IMG/VR virus record: IMGVR_UViG_3300023171_000001
Location: 1 to 55,453 of that record
Reading direction: 5' to 3' (one strand)
Length of the DNA: 55,453 nucleotides
From: a virus
Taxonomy: Duplodnaviria > Caudoviricetes
In this document: positions 38,143 to 46,814 of the stretch, piece after piece
Position numbering within the stretch: position 1 is the stretch's first letter
How the letters are laid out: every line of letters starts with the position of its first letter
Translations under genes and position numbers: made by a program
Notes under the pieces: generated by a model
What the model saw: only the letters and a program-made list of their open reading frames with translations
Told to the model about the DNA's origin: nothing
Databases searched by the model: none

Positions 38143-39000
38143 TTAAATATTAATTACAGTAATATCAGAAAAGGCTTGAATATATTCTTCAAAAATCCTT
38201 TTTTTGATAACTTCCTGAATATTTTCGAGTTCAGGACAATAGAGCGAACAAATCAAAACGCCTTTGTCTGTATAGTCAATTTCTGTAATAAAATCTAGTT
38301 TAACCTTTTCCGTTCCATTAAAAACAGCGAATTCCAGTGAAAAGTCTAAACCGTGTTCACTGGTAAGTTTTCTTACAATTGAGTTGGCCACGCCTCCCTT
38401 TTTGTCGTTTGACTTATCAAATTCTGTAACAAATTGACCTTTAAATTCGTTAAGATTTTTGCACACCAGGTCGAATTCTGCAAGATTATCGGCTAAATAT
38501 CTATACCTTCTAAGTTTTTTGCAAAGGTCTTTTGGCTCCAAATAGGTGTCTTGATTCAACTGAAGATCAGCAATGATTTTATGTGGCCTTATCCTCCCTT
38601 CAATACGGTGCTGGTAAGGGTTGTTTTCATCAACTACCAAAACAACAATGCCGTTTTCTTCATTAATCGTTAAGTAACATTTGTCGGGATGATAAGCAAC
38701 CAGTGAAGGTTCTTCAACTACCAGGGTTGTATTTATTTCTGGCATATTGTCAAAAGAAACACCTTCTTTTGTCGTGCCTCTACCTTTGTTTTTTTCTGGA
38801 TTGGTTGGTAAATCCTTTTCGACTGGTTCCAAAAAAAACAAGTGCTTCCTGGCTTTGAAAAACTGCAATGGTGCAAATATTTCCCCAACAATTGCAATTT
38901 GTAGCAAGTCTTTCAACGGTATAGCAGCACCATGACGAATAACTATTTCCCCTTTTTCAGTTGTGGAATCAACGTTGATATTTATTTGGTCTTCCTTCAT
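38143..39000 (-). CDS. Conserved Bacteroidetes phage protein (DUF2303-like)
   Basis: EIVIRHG.A, I.G.I.AP..F...R and F.LE..VF.G; recalled as paired with the upstream 126-aa gene in related phages. Confidence 0.5.
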   Translation of the reverse strand: MKEDQININVDSTTEKGEIVIRHGAAIPLKDLLQIAIVGEIFAPLQFFKARKHLFFLEPVEKDLPTNPEKNKGRGTTKEGVSFDNMPEINTTLVVEEPSLVAYHPDKCYLTINEENGIVVLVVDENNPYQHRIEGRIRPHKIIADLQLNQDTYLEPKDLCKKLRRYRYLADNLAEFDLVCKNLNEFKGQFVTEFDKSNDKKGGVANSIVRKLTSEHGLDFSLEFAVFNGTEKVKLDFITEIDYTDKGVLICSLYCPELENIQEVIKKRIFEEYIQAFSDITVINI

Positions 39001-39059
39001 AAGATTTTTTAAACGTTTACGAAATATTGATTAAAAAAAAGATATTCAACTTAAAAAAA

Positions 39060-39440
39060 TTAACTAGCACTCATTTGGAAACCATTGCTTCCACCTCTCA
39101 ATTCTTTGCTAGTCATTGCACGACTGTCAACTTCTTCGCCAGTGGCTGGGTCAATATAGCTGACAGTTCTGGCTTCAAAATCTTCCTTGACAATTACACG
39201 GCCAGTAAAATCTTTAAATCCTTGATTAAGTGCCGTACGAAGTTCAAGTTCTTCAGCTTTTACATTGTCAATTTCAGTTGTTAACACCTTGATCTGTAGC
39301 TTTTTATTTGCTGTCAGCTTATCAATTTTGTTGTGCAACTGTACTGTTTCGGCACTGATTTGGTGCTTTTCATCGTCGTTAAGATAATGCCTCCATTCGT
39401 GTTCCACAGTACCCATAAGGTCAATTTGTTTCCCTTCCAT
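39060..39440 (-). CDS. Hypothetical coiled-coil protein
   Basis: Coiled coil, then Y.DP.TGE.V.SR.MT..E. Confidence 0.7.
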   Translation of the reverse strand: MEGKQIDLMGTVEHEWRHYLNDDEKHQISAETVQLHNKIDKLTANKKLQIKVLTTEIDNVKAEELELRTALNQGFKDFTGRVIVKEDFEARTVSYIDPATGEEVDSRAMTSKELRGGSNGFQMSAS

Positions 39441-39473
39441 TTGTTAGAAAATTTAAAATGTGATTAAAAAAAA

Positions 39474-40235
39474 TTAATATAGTTCTCCTTTCAAAATTGA
39501 TCTGGCTATTTGCTTTGTATTGTTCGCAAATGTCGCTTCACGAATTAACCATTCCAGATAACTTTTTTCAGACGAAGCCGCTTTATCTTTGTGCTTTCCC
39601 TTAGTGAAAATAATAACTCCGTCGTCACTAAGACCGAAAAAGCCAGATAAGTCAATGATAGGTTTGCCGTAATTGCTAAATATTGCGAGTTCTTCTATTG
39701 AGGTGGGAAGTTCTTCGTTTTGGTTAATCATGGCCATAAACACCTCAATAGTACCTTCAATATCAACGTCAGCGTCGTGGGCATCTTGTAGCGTTTTGCC
39801 AGTGTAATCTTGATAGGCAGCCCCCAACGTTCTAGGCTTCAGCTGAACGTACATATTACGGACATCAATAAAGCTTTTGCCCAGGATAGAAAAAATAATA
39901 TTGCACCGAACAAATTCTTCAATTATCAAAGGCACGTCAAATAAATTACTGTTAAACCCGCCAATGTCGCTATCATTGATAAATTCGTAAATCTCTATCG
40001 CAAAGTGTGAAAACTTTGGCTGATCTTTCACTATTTCGTCAGTGATCTTGTGAACCGCAGTAGCTTCAGGCGGAATCGGACAACCTGGATTAATTAAAAA
40101 CTTTTTCTTCACATATTCGCCTGAAGAAAGGATTTTGATAAATGCGGCCTGTACAATTCTTGATTTGTTAATGTCTGTACCAGTTGTTTCCAGATCAAAA
40201 AAAACAATAGGTCTTTTAAGGTTGATTGTTCTCAT
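39474..40235 (-). CDS. DEDDh 3'-5' exonuclease (DnaQ/epsilon-like)
   Basis: FFDLETTG, GFNSNLFD.P, HDADVD and C-terminal F.KGKHK. Confidence 0.93.
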   Translation of the reverse strand: MRTINLKRPIVFFDLETTGTDINKSRIVQAAFIKILSSGEYVKKKFLINPGCPIPPEATAVHKITDEIVKDQPKFSHFAIEIYEFINDSDIGGFNSNLFDVPLIIEEFVRCNIIFSILGKSFIDVRNMYVQLKPRTLGAAYQDYTGKTLQDAHDADVDIEGTIEVFMAMINQNEELPTSIEELAIFSNYGKPIIDLSGFFGLSDDGVIIFTKGKHKDKAASSEKSYLEWLIREATFANNTKQIARSILKGELY

Positions 40236-40875
40236 TTTTAAAATTTTGAAAGGTTTGATAAAAACTAAGTGCGTCTTTTTGTGCCTGGGATTCTTGCCTT
40301 TCTAAATTTTGACGTTGCTGGTGTAGGTGTGCGGAATTCTCCCTGGTGTTAACGCTTCCGTCAACTGTAGCTTTGAAAGTTTGAAGTTTACTTTCAATAG
40401 AAGCGTATTTTTCATCAAGATAACGACAGAAATACTCGAAAATAATTTGTGTATCAACCCTATTGTAGTTCTTTCCCAGCTTTCCCATATTGACAAGCTT
40501 CAGGCATAAGATCAAATCACTTGCTGATTCATGCGGATAGTTTTCACAGAAAAGTGTTGCTGTTTCAAATATCTGTATGGCTGTCATGCGTTTAGAAACG
40601 TTCAAGGTTTCGTTGAACCGACAAATGACCGCACAAATTATTTTTTCTGCAAGTTTCTTGTCAACCTGGAAAAGCTTTTGAGAATCCTGTACATTATCAA
40701 ATGTGATCGCATTCTGAACCCTAATAAGGTTTTTTTGTTGTTCTTCAGGCAAATTTGATGCTTCTGACATTGAAGCATTATTCAAAAAGTGCATCAAGTT
40801 TTTTCGATACGTCAGTACGGTATTTGCTTCTGTCGTTATTACTTTTGTTTCCGTCGTTTGAATTTCCTGTTTCAT
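40216..40875 (-). CDS. Putative replication helper (helicase-loader-like)
   Basis: NV...MT..QI.ETA......Y......DL.LC.K....GK.GK.YNR.D..II.E.F; overlaps the initiator gene. Confidence 0.5.
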   Translation of the reverse strand: MKQEIQTTETKVITTEANTVLTYRKNLMHFLNNASMSEASNLPEEQQKNLIRVQNAITFDNVQDSQKLFQVDKKLAEKIICAVICRFNETLNVSKRMTAIQIFETATLFCENYPHESASDLILCLKLVNMGKLGKNYNRVDTQIIFEYFCRYLDEKYASIESKLQTFKATVDGSVNTRENSAHLHQQRQNLERQESQAQKDALSFYQTFQNFKNENNQP

Positions 40876-41434
40876 TGGATGAATTAATTGGATAGGGTGC
40901 TTTCCAACCCCTTGATATTGAATGATAGATAATTTCAGAGGCTAACGAAATACTAGAATTTGAAAGCCGTTCTAAATGTCTGAAAAACATTTCAAAACCT
41001 AAAGTGGTAGGCGGTTTAATACCTTTTTCCTCCGAGTGCCTACACCATTTTATCCATGCGTCGTCAAAATCTACTTGCGAGAATGGCCACGGCCTGTTTA
41101 ATTGTACTGCCAGTTGCCAGGGTGATTTTTCTTTTTCTGGCTTGGGTTTTTGCGGTTTAGCCACCACATAAGCCGAATAACTTGTTTTTTGTCCGTAACC
41201 TTTTCCGCCTTCTACAATACTGATTAATTTGGCATCTAATAAGCGTTTCCTGCATGGCTTAAAGGTGTTAATGCTCATTCCCACATTTGCAGCTAATTTT
41301 GGGTCTGAAGCTATAAAAGTGCCGTCTTCTGATTCACCTATTAGTTTGACAATGTAAAAATAAAGCTTTGCTTCCCAGCCTGTAAAGGCGTGCCGTTCGT
41401 CAGCTTTCCAGAAGTTGGATAAAAGTTCTTTCAT
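40778..41434 (-). CDS. Putative replication initiator (N-terminal wHTH)
   Basis: FW......FT..EAKLYFY, LAA.VGMS.NT....RKRL....LI and C-terminal F..AW.KW...I.HSI..GW. Confidence 0.7.
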   Translation of the reverse strand: MKELLSNFWKADERHAFTGWEAKLYFYIVKLIGESEDGTFIASDPKLAANVGMSINTFKPCRKRLLDAKLISIVEGGKGYGQKTSYSAYVVAKPQKPKPEKEKSPWQLAVQLNRPWPFSQVDFDDAWIKWCRHSEEKGIKPPTTLGFEMFFRHLERLSNSSISLASEIIYHSISRGWKAPYPINSSNETGNSNDGNKSNNDRSKYRTDVSKKLDALFE

Positions 41435-41437
41435 TAC

Positions 41438-41683
41438 TTAATTATTTGCTAACCAGTTGTCTATGTCCGTTTTTTTAAATTGAAGGTTGCGACCTTTTCG
41501 GGTGTGCGGTATAGTTTTTATATTGTTATAAAAAAACTGTCTTGATCTGCCTTTTGGGTCGTATTCAACTAGCTGGTCAAGTGAAAAAACCGTTTCTTCA
41601 CCTTCAGGAAAAAGCATATTTTCCAGTTCAATTAAGGCGGCACGAATAACGTTGAATCGGTATAATATTCGGCTTTTATTCAT
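41438..41683 (-). CDS. Excisionase-like (HTH_17/MerR-like) DNA-binding protein
   Basis: SRQFFY....IPHTRKGRNLQFKK.DIDNWL. Confidence 0.7.
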   Translation of the reverse strand: MNKSRILYRFNVIRAALIELENMLFPEGEETVFSLDQLVEYDPKGRSRQFFYNNIKTIPHTRKGRNLQFKKTDIDNWLANN

Positions 41684-42824
41684 TGTCTTCAAATGTTTTA
41701 AATCCATTATACGCAGAACTAGGAAGGTTTGCCGCAATGATGCCCGTTTTTGAAAGGTAATCATACCCAGGCCAATGCTTTAAGTTTTTCGACTTGAAAA
41801 GCTTTAGCATTTTTAATGAATTCTTGTACTTTAAAAGTCCTAGATTCAAGTCTTCAGCACTCCACCAGAAAACAGCTGGCAAGAAAGGGGCATTGCTTTG
41901 TATCATTATTGTAATGACTGTATTGAAGTTACGGCCAGTCATGTCAGACAATACTTTAATGTACATTGATTCGCTAACCTCATAGGCATATTTCGCTGAA
42001 TCATGCCAGAAGTTTTTCAGGCTGTTTGCATTTGAAGTTTTGAAACTTATGACAGCATTTACGCCAATATTTTCTTCAATGTTGAAAGCGTCAGGCCGTA
42101 CTTTAACATCAATCCCCGTTTCCTTGTCTACGGTGTAAAAGGAGGTTTCAAAGGCTGCACCCTTCAGCAACTTAGGGATTAGTCCGTTGCCGTATGCATT
42201 GTAATTTTCTTCAATCAACTGAATCTTTTGATAAGAATCAATATCAAGAAAGGTCTTGCCAGTTATTGCCCGTGCAATATCAACAGCTTGTTTTAGGTCG
42301 GGTAGTTTTTGACTTTCAAACGGAATGCCATAATCCATGCAAATCTTGGTAAATTCCTTGCTTTGACGCTTATTAAAAAAACTTCTGTAAAAGTTGAGTG
42401 CTGCGGTCTGGTCAGCGGTTGTGGTGCGGGAAAAACTGGTTTCTTTAATTACTCTTTTAAACATTTTCGGTTCCAAAAATGCTTGATGGCAAAAGGTGCC
42501 AAATTCAAAATGGGAAGCTGTTTTTTTAGGAAGCATTTCTTCCTTATAAACTTGATAATGACGGGGTGTAATCAACAATTGCTTCAATGAACTTGATGAA
42601 TTTGCTCTGTCAGAAAGATATTCTTCAAAACTATCTTTTCGAGCAATACCAGCACCAGGAACCAGTAAGTCATTCAAGTCAATCTTTGTAGCTTTTCGAC
42701 GCTTATTGATATAGTTTGAAACTAAGTCAGGGGTCGCATACTTGGAAGCATCAAAGGCAAAGGGGTTTAAATCCCCTTCACCTTCAAGCATTTGCGAAAT
42801 ATCGGGCAAATTTTTTAAATCCAT
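41676..42824 (-). CDS. PD-(D/E)XK exonuclease (RecE/DUF3799-like)
   Basis: SSSSLK, F.FGT.CH.A.LEP, ETSFY..D..TG..VKVRPD and ISFKT. Confidence 0.85.
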   Translation of the reverse strand: MDLKNLPDISQMLEGEGDLNPFAFDASKYATPDLVSNYINKRRKATKIDLNDLLVPGAGIARKDSFEEYLSDRANSSSSLKQLLITPRHYQVYKEEMLPKKTASHFEFGTFCHQAFLEPKMFKRVIKETSFSRTTTADQTAALNFYRSFFNKRQSKEFTKICMDYGIPFESQKLPDLKQAVDIARAITGKTFLDIDSYQKIQLIEENYNAYGNGLIPKLLKGAAFETSFYTVDKETGIDVKVRPDAFNIEENIGVNAVISFKTSNANSLKNFWHDSAKYAYEVSESMYIKVLSDMTGRNFNTVITIMIQSNAPFLPAVFWWSAEDLNLGLLKYKNSLKMLKLFKSKNLKHWPGYDYLSKTGIIAANLPSSAYNGFKTFEDNE

Positions 42825-43315
42825 TATTTCGCAGAATCTTTGATTTGACGGATTAATGGCTTAACCTCCCAGGCATCGGACTGGAAGTTATTTGTCGAAT
42901 TCTTTCTTTTGCCTAAGTACTTAACTGATAGGCCTGAACCTATAGAAACCGCACCAGAATTAAAAGCGTTTTCAATGGTAGCGTATAGACGCTTTGAACC
43001 ATTTACCAGTTTTTGAACTTTAAGGCTACCGTCTTTTTCCTTCACTTGTTCAATGAAAGCCACAACAGGAAGTTCCACAGGTTCGCCAGATTGAAGGCTT
43101 TGAACTGTATCAACCTGAAACCCAGCGAAGAACAAACGCTTTGTTTCATTCGGTGCCGTTGGTGTCCAATAAGAGGCATTCAACGAAACAGGGGCTTCGG
43201 CTGTTTCGTCTAAATTTGGTAATTCTTCCATTGCATCGAAATCAACTAAAACGGTTTCGTGCGTTCTCTTTTTTTCGACCTTGTTGTTTTGGTCGGTTGT
43301 TGCTAAATCTGCCAT
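42824..43315 (-). CDS. Putative ssDNA-binding/recombination protein
   Basis: YWTP....E.KR..F, NGSKRL...IE and Y.GK.KN.TN.F..D.W.V.PL; coupled to the exonuclease gene. Confidence 0.5.
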   Translation of the reverse strand: MADLATTDQNNKVEKKRTHETVLVDFDAMEELPNLDETAEAPVSLNASYWTPTAPNETKRLFFAGFQVDTVQSLQSGEPVELPVVAFIEQVKEKDGSLKVQKLVNGSKRLYATIENAFNSGAVSIGSGLSVKYLGKRKNSTNNFQSDAWEVKPLIRQIKDSAK

Positions 43316-43335
43316 AATAAGATGTAATTAATTGA

Positions 43336-43671
43336 TTATAAAGAAGTTATTTGAAACGTATGAAAACTAATGATAGAATCTTTTTCAAGGTCTGTCACTC
43401 TGATTAGGTCGTCTTTAGGTGCAGCATTTGAAAGTGCTTTTATTCTGCGGGTTGTGATTTCTCCCGTTTTGATTTTCGCAAACGTAACAACACCAGCTAT
43501 TAAAGCCTTAGTTGCTTTCCAGCTTTCACGAAGTGCATTTCTCCAAGTTTCAAGGCTTCTTTCAAAACCTTCCTTGATAAGACGGGTATAAATAAAAACC
43601 GCACGTTTTGCAGAGTTTGAAAGGTTAATTTGGGCTTGTTGTAATTTAGTTAACTGAATTGAAGTTTCCAT
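43336..43671 (-). CDS. WYL_2/DUF2693-like SH3-fold protein
   Basis: ALR.SW...K.L..GVV.F.K..TGEI..R ... DLEK....SF; first gene after the 43.7 kb promoter. Confidence 0.55.
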   Translation of the reverse strand: METSIQLTKLQQAQINLSNSAKRAVFIYTRLIKEGFERSLETWRNALRESWKATKALIAGVVTFAKIKTGEITTRRIKALSNAAPKDDLIRVTDLEKDSIISFHTFQITSL

Positions 43672-43677
43672 TTGATT

Positions 43678-43733
43678 GTTCTTTTTTCGTTTTGGTGATG
43701 TAAAATAAGTAAATAAAAAGTAATTGTACAAGT
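43678..43733 (-). promoter_or_regulatory. Promoter and conserved leader for the recombination/replication operon
   Basis: On the - strand, cTTG-N20-TTATTTTA has the same spacing as the other early promoters; leader AAACGAAAAAAGAAC at 43692-43678. Confidence 0.55.
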
Positions 43734-43783
43734 AGTTGTTGAATTATTTTTTTTAAACTTCTAAAAATTATTATCTTTGTCAA

Positions 43784-43862
43784 CTTGATTGCCATTGAGT
43801 GGATTTAAAATGCTTGTCTTGCAGAAGTTTAGCCCCGTTTGCGGATTCGGGGCTTTCTTTTT
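43784..43862 (+). ncRNA. Candidate small RNA (second promoter-terminator cassette)
   Basis: TATCTTTG at 43772-43779, ~50 nt without a plausible ORF, then AGCCCCG...CGGGGCT-TTCTTTTT (43831-43862). Confidence 0.4.
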
Positions 43863-44029
43863 GCCCCAAACTTTAAATACTGTGTTTTTAAGCCCTTTAA
43901 GACGTTATTTTAGTTTCAAATGTCCAAATACTTGTCAGAGCCACGAAAGTGTCTAAAATGCGTGTGTTTGATACCTTATTTTTGATTTCTCAATCATGTT
44001 TGTGTTGCATAATGCTCGTTTTTACAGAA

Positions 44030-44555
44030 ACGGGCATTTTTTGTTTTTTCTTTAAAAAAAATATTTCTTTTTTATTTGATTTTTCAAAATATGGGTTTTC
44101 TCACGTGTGTACGTGTACGCCTGCGTTTTTGTGTATAATAAAATATTTTAAAGAAAAAGATTCTCTTTTTCTTTTTCTTCTCTTGGTTAGTTCTCTTAGC
44201 TTCTTCTTCTTTTGGTTACTTTTCTTCTTCTTCGTTTCTCTTATTAACCTTCTCTTTTTTTCTTTGTCTCTTTTAGCTATAAAAAACATGAAAAATTTGA
44301 CTAAAAAACCAGCTTCAAGGCCTGTCAAAAACGTAGCAGCTTGAAACTAAAGAAACTCGCTGATTATCAACCAGTTAAGCCCTAAATAAAAGCAATAAAA
44401 AGTCAGACCTAAAACCAAAAGAACCGTCAATATTTGAATCAATCTAGGTGTCAAATTTTGGGTACCTAGATTGACATTCTTCAAAGTTATCCACATTTTG
44501 AAGTTGCCATGTTTGCAAACGACCTTGCAAATGTACATTGCAAACGTGCAAAGCA
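44030..44555. other. Putative replication origin
   Basis: Perfect DnaA box TTATCCACA 44487-44495, an 11-bp inverted repeat (44439-44449/44464-44474), GTCAA-W-rich-TTTG iteron-like elements, and an extreme pyrimidine/AT-rich tract 44030-44280. Confidence 0.55.
44511..44553. repeat. TGCA repeat cluster; left arm of an inverted repeat
   Basis: TGCA at 44514, 44526, 44539 and 44547. TTGCAAACGTGCAAA (44538-44552) is the exact reverse complement of 45359-45373. Confidence 0.85.
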
Positions 44556-44556
44556 T

Positions 44557-44587
44557 AAAAAAAGACGACCTTAAAAAGTCGTCTTCA
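44557..44587 (-). terminator. Rho-independent terminator
   Basis: AAAAAAAGACGAC-cttaaaaa-GTCGTCTT. Confidence 0.75.
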
Positions 44588-44616
44588 TTGTGATCTGTGA
44601 TTTTGAAAGGTTGATG

Positions 44617-45327
44617 CTAATTAAATGCGTCTTCGTTCTTGATTGCATTTGCAAGAATTATATCAACCTGCTGGTCACTGTATCCAAAGAATCTATTCCA
44701 ACTTATGCAAGCCATACGGCATTCTTGTTCGGTACTGTAGACGTGTGCAAATGGTGGCATAAGTAAAGAATATGGTGTTACATAAACACCGACATAGCAG
44801 CCTGGAACCATGTCTTCCACACAAGGCAAAGAACCGTACAGGCCTTTTCTAATCCTTAAAATATGGCTATTCATTAATTGAAAAGGTTTTCTTATAAATA
44901 CAGGCCTTCCTTCTTCGTCCTTTTTTGGATAATCCCTAAAAGTAGAATATACTTTTTCTACTGAAGGAATTCTTCCTTCTTCAGAAACTAAGCAAAGATT
45001 AATACTAGCCTTTTCCAGCGGCTCAATAAGTTGGTAGTAACTAACCGCATTATTAGGAGGTATTAATTTGCGAAGTTGAAAGTTGTAAATGGCTTGACGA
45101 TTTACTTGAAAAACCCTTTCAGTAAGGCTAAACCCTTCTATCTTGGTATTTTTGAAACAAAGATAGGCGGGACTTGCTGCACCGTTAACAGCCTCAAAAT
45201 ACAAGTGTTCTTGAAGTACTATAGGCTGCAAAAGATAAAATTCTTTCACTTCTTCAGGCGTTGCCATTCTTTTGAGGTCGTAGAACTTCTTTGTATAATT
45301 TAATGATTTATGAATAAGGTGTTGCAT
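44617..45327 (-). CDS. Hypothetical protein (236 aa) flanked by inverted TGCA repeats
   Basis: Stand-alone ORF with its own promoter-like region and terminator. Confidence 0.75.
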   Translation of the reverse strand: MQHLIHKSLNYTKKFYDLKRMATPEEVKEFYLLQPIVLQEHLYFEAVNGAASPAYLCFKNTKIEGFSLTERVFQVNRQAIYNFQLRKLIPPNNAVSYYQLIEPLEKASINLCLVSEEGRIPSVEKVYSTFRDYPKKDEEGRPVFIRKPFQLMNSHILRIRKGLYGSLPCVEDMVPGCYVGVYVTPYSLLMPPFAHVYSTEQECRMACISWNRFFGYSDQQVDIILANAIKNEDAFN

Positions 45328-45356
45328 AATAGTATGTTAAGTAATTGATAATAAAT

Positions 45357-45410
45357 CGTTTGCACGTTTGCAAAGTACGAATGCAAATAAGGAATGCAAA
45401 CGTTTTTGCA
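45357..45410. repeat. TGCA repeat cluster; right arm of the inverted repeat, overlapping a - strand promoter
   Basis: TGCA at 45361, 45369, 45382, 45395 and 45407; the - strand reads TTTG...TACTTTG. Confidence 0.85.
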
Positions 45411-45418
45411 CTCGTTAA

Positions 45419-45763
45419 TTATGAAGAAACTGGAATTACTACAGGAAGGGTTTTTGCATACTCCCGTTTTATCCTGGCATCTATCAAACTGATTGCCATT
45501 GTTAATCTTTGTCTTCTTTCTACTAATTCGCCTTCTTTGAACCAGAAACCAGTTGAGTTTTCAGCGTTGTCTTCAAATAAAAACATTTCATAAAGTGTTA
45601 CCAGATCAGAAAAATTTACCCCTTGCCTGGCAGCGAAGTACCAACAAAAACCAAAGCCTGTCTGTAAAGGGGTGAAATAGTGTTTTGTATAGTCCCTTTC
45701 GATTGCTGCATTGTAATCTTGCAAAGCCGATACGTAATGCATCTTTTCTTCAATTAGTGTCAT
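45419..45763 (-). CDS. Hypothetical protein, paralog family A
   Basis: GFCWYF...GVNFSDL.TLY...GFWFKEG....R..RL..AI. Confidence 0.8.
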   Translation of the reverse strand: MTLIEEKMHYVSALQDYNAAIERDYTKHYFTPLQTGFGFCWYFAARQGVNFSDLVTLYEMFLFEDNAENSTGFWFKEGELVERRQRLTMAISLIDARIKREYAKTLPVVIPVSS

Positions 45764-46043
45764 TTTTGATTTCTTCTTTAAGTTGTACAATTGCCCGTCT
45801 TAATCTTGTTATCCTCCCAGATGTTAAACTAGGACTGAACCAGAAAATGTATTTCGTTTCAGTACTGTACATGAAATACAATGTTTTTAGTTCGCTGAAC
45901 ATTACCCCGTGCTTGCTAAAGAAATACCAGCAAAACCCGTTATCAATTCGGGCATTTTCCTTTTCAGTTGGTGACATCTTTCGGACAGCTTTGTAATCTT
46001 TCAAAGCAAGCTTATAATATTCAAGTTCTTCCAGCTTTGTCAT
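45750..46043 (-). CDS. Hypothetical protein, paralog family A
   Basis: GFCWYF..KHGVMFSELKTLY...FWF......RITRLRRAI. Confidence 0.8.
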   Translation of the reverse strand: MTKLEELEYYKLALKDYKAVRKMSPTEKENARIDNGFCWYFFSKHGVMFSELKTLYFMYSTETKYIFWFSPSLTSGRITRLRRAIVQLKEEIKNDTN

Positions 46044-46351
46044 TTTGAGTATTTCGCTTTTTGAATGTTAAACTTTTCTATGTCAGTACTTCCGAAAATC
46101 AACCGACCAGCGGCACGTACATTGCAATACAAGAAAATGCCACCAGCGTAAACAGCTACCAGTGTAAATTCGTTATACCTCCAAGATTTGAATTCTAAGG
46201 CCTCCAATGATCTATTGTACTGGTCTTCTGTTATCTGACAATGAATGTCTTCAATAATGCCAGCTTTACGCAAAAACTGCAACACTGGCGTAGAAGTCTT
46301 AACATGATCTAAGGCCTCTATTTTTTCGGATTTGGTTTTAAGAATTTCCAT
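46040..46351 (-). CDS. Hypothetical protein
   Basis: Coupled ORF in operon. Confidence 0.7.
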   Translation of the reverse strand: MEILKTKSEKIEALDHVKTSTPVLQFLRKAGIIEDIHCQITEDQYNRSLEALEFKSWRYNEFTLVAVYAGGIFLYCNVRAAGRLIFGSTDIEKFNIQKAKYSK

Positions 46352-46658
46352 TTTGCTTTTGTAGTTTTTTGATTTTCCTTTCTACGATTTTCTTTGAAGC
46401 TAATAATTGGTTGCATCTTGGAAGGTATTGGCCTTTCTCAAACCAATAGGCACCTTTTGCTTCTTTCGTGTACCTTTTCCACAAAGTTGTAACTTCCGAA
46501 AAGTCAAGCTTGTGCCGAATCCTGAAATACAAGCAAAATCCGCTTTGTGTAGCTATTAGAATGTTTGTGTCGGCCATTCCGTTCCAGGCCTTTAAATAGT
46601 CTTCTATTGCCAGGTTGTAGAAGATTAATTCTGTTTCTAATGTCATTCGTTTTGTCAT
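46338..46658 (-). CDS. Hypothetical protein, paralog family A
   Basis: GFCLYF..RH...FSEV.TLW...AYWFEKG....R...L; preceded by the leader AAACGAAAAAGGAA. Confidence 0.8.
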   Translation of the reverse strand: MTKRMTLETELIFYNLAIEDYLKAWNGMADTNILIATQSGFCLYFRIRHKLDFSEVTTLWKRYTKEAKGAYWFEKGQYLPRCNQLLASKKIVERKIKKLQKQNGNS

Positions 46659-46814
46659 TTCCTTTTTCGTTTTTTATTGTGTTTATAAATAATGTATCAT
46701 TACAACTGTTTTTTGTGTTACTAAATAGTTGATATTCAATGACTTAGTGTTTGAATGATAGAAAATAATGTACAATTACATCACTTAAAATCAAACTGAA
46801 CAAATGCATGACCG

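Noticed and set aside
43949-44344. ORFs 43949..44344 (+) and 44101..44328 (-)
   Set aside because: These are Phe/Leu- or Lys/Arg-rich translations of a low-complexity pyrimidine tract; more likely non-coding origin DNA.
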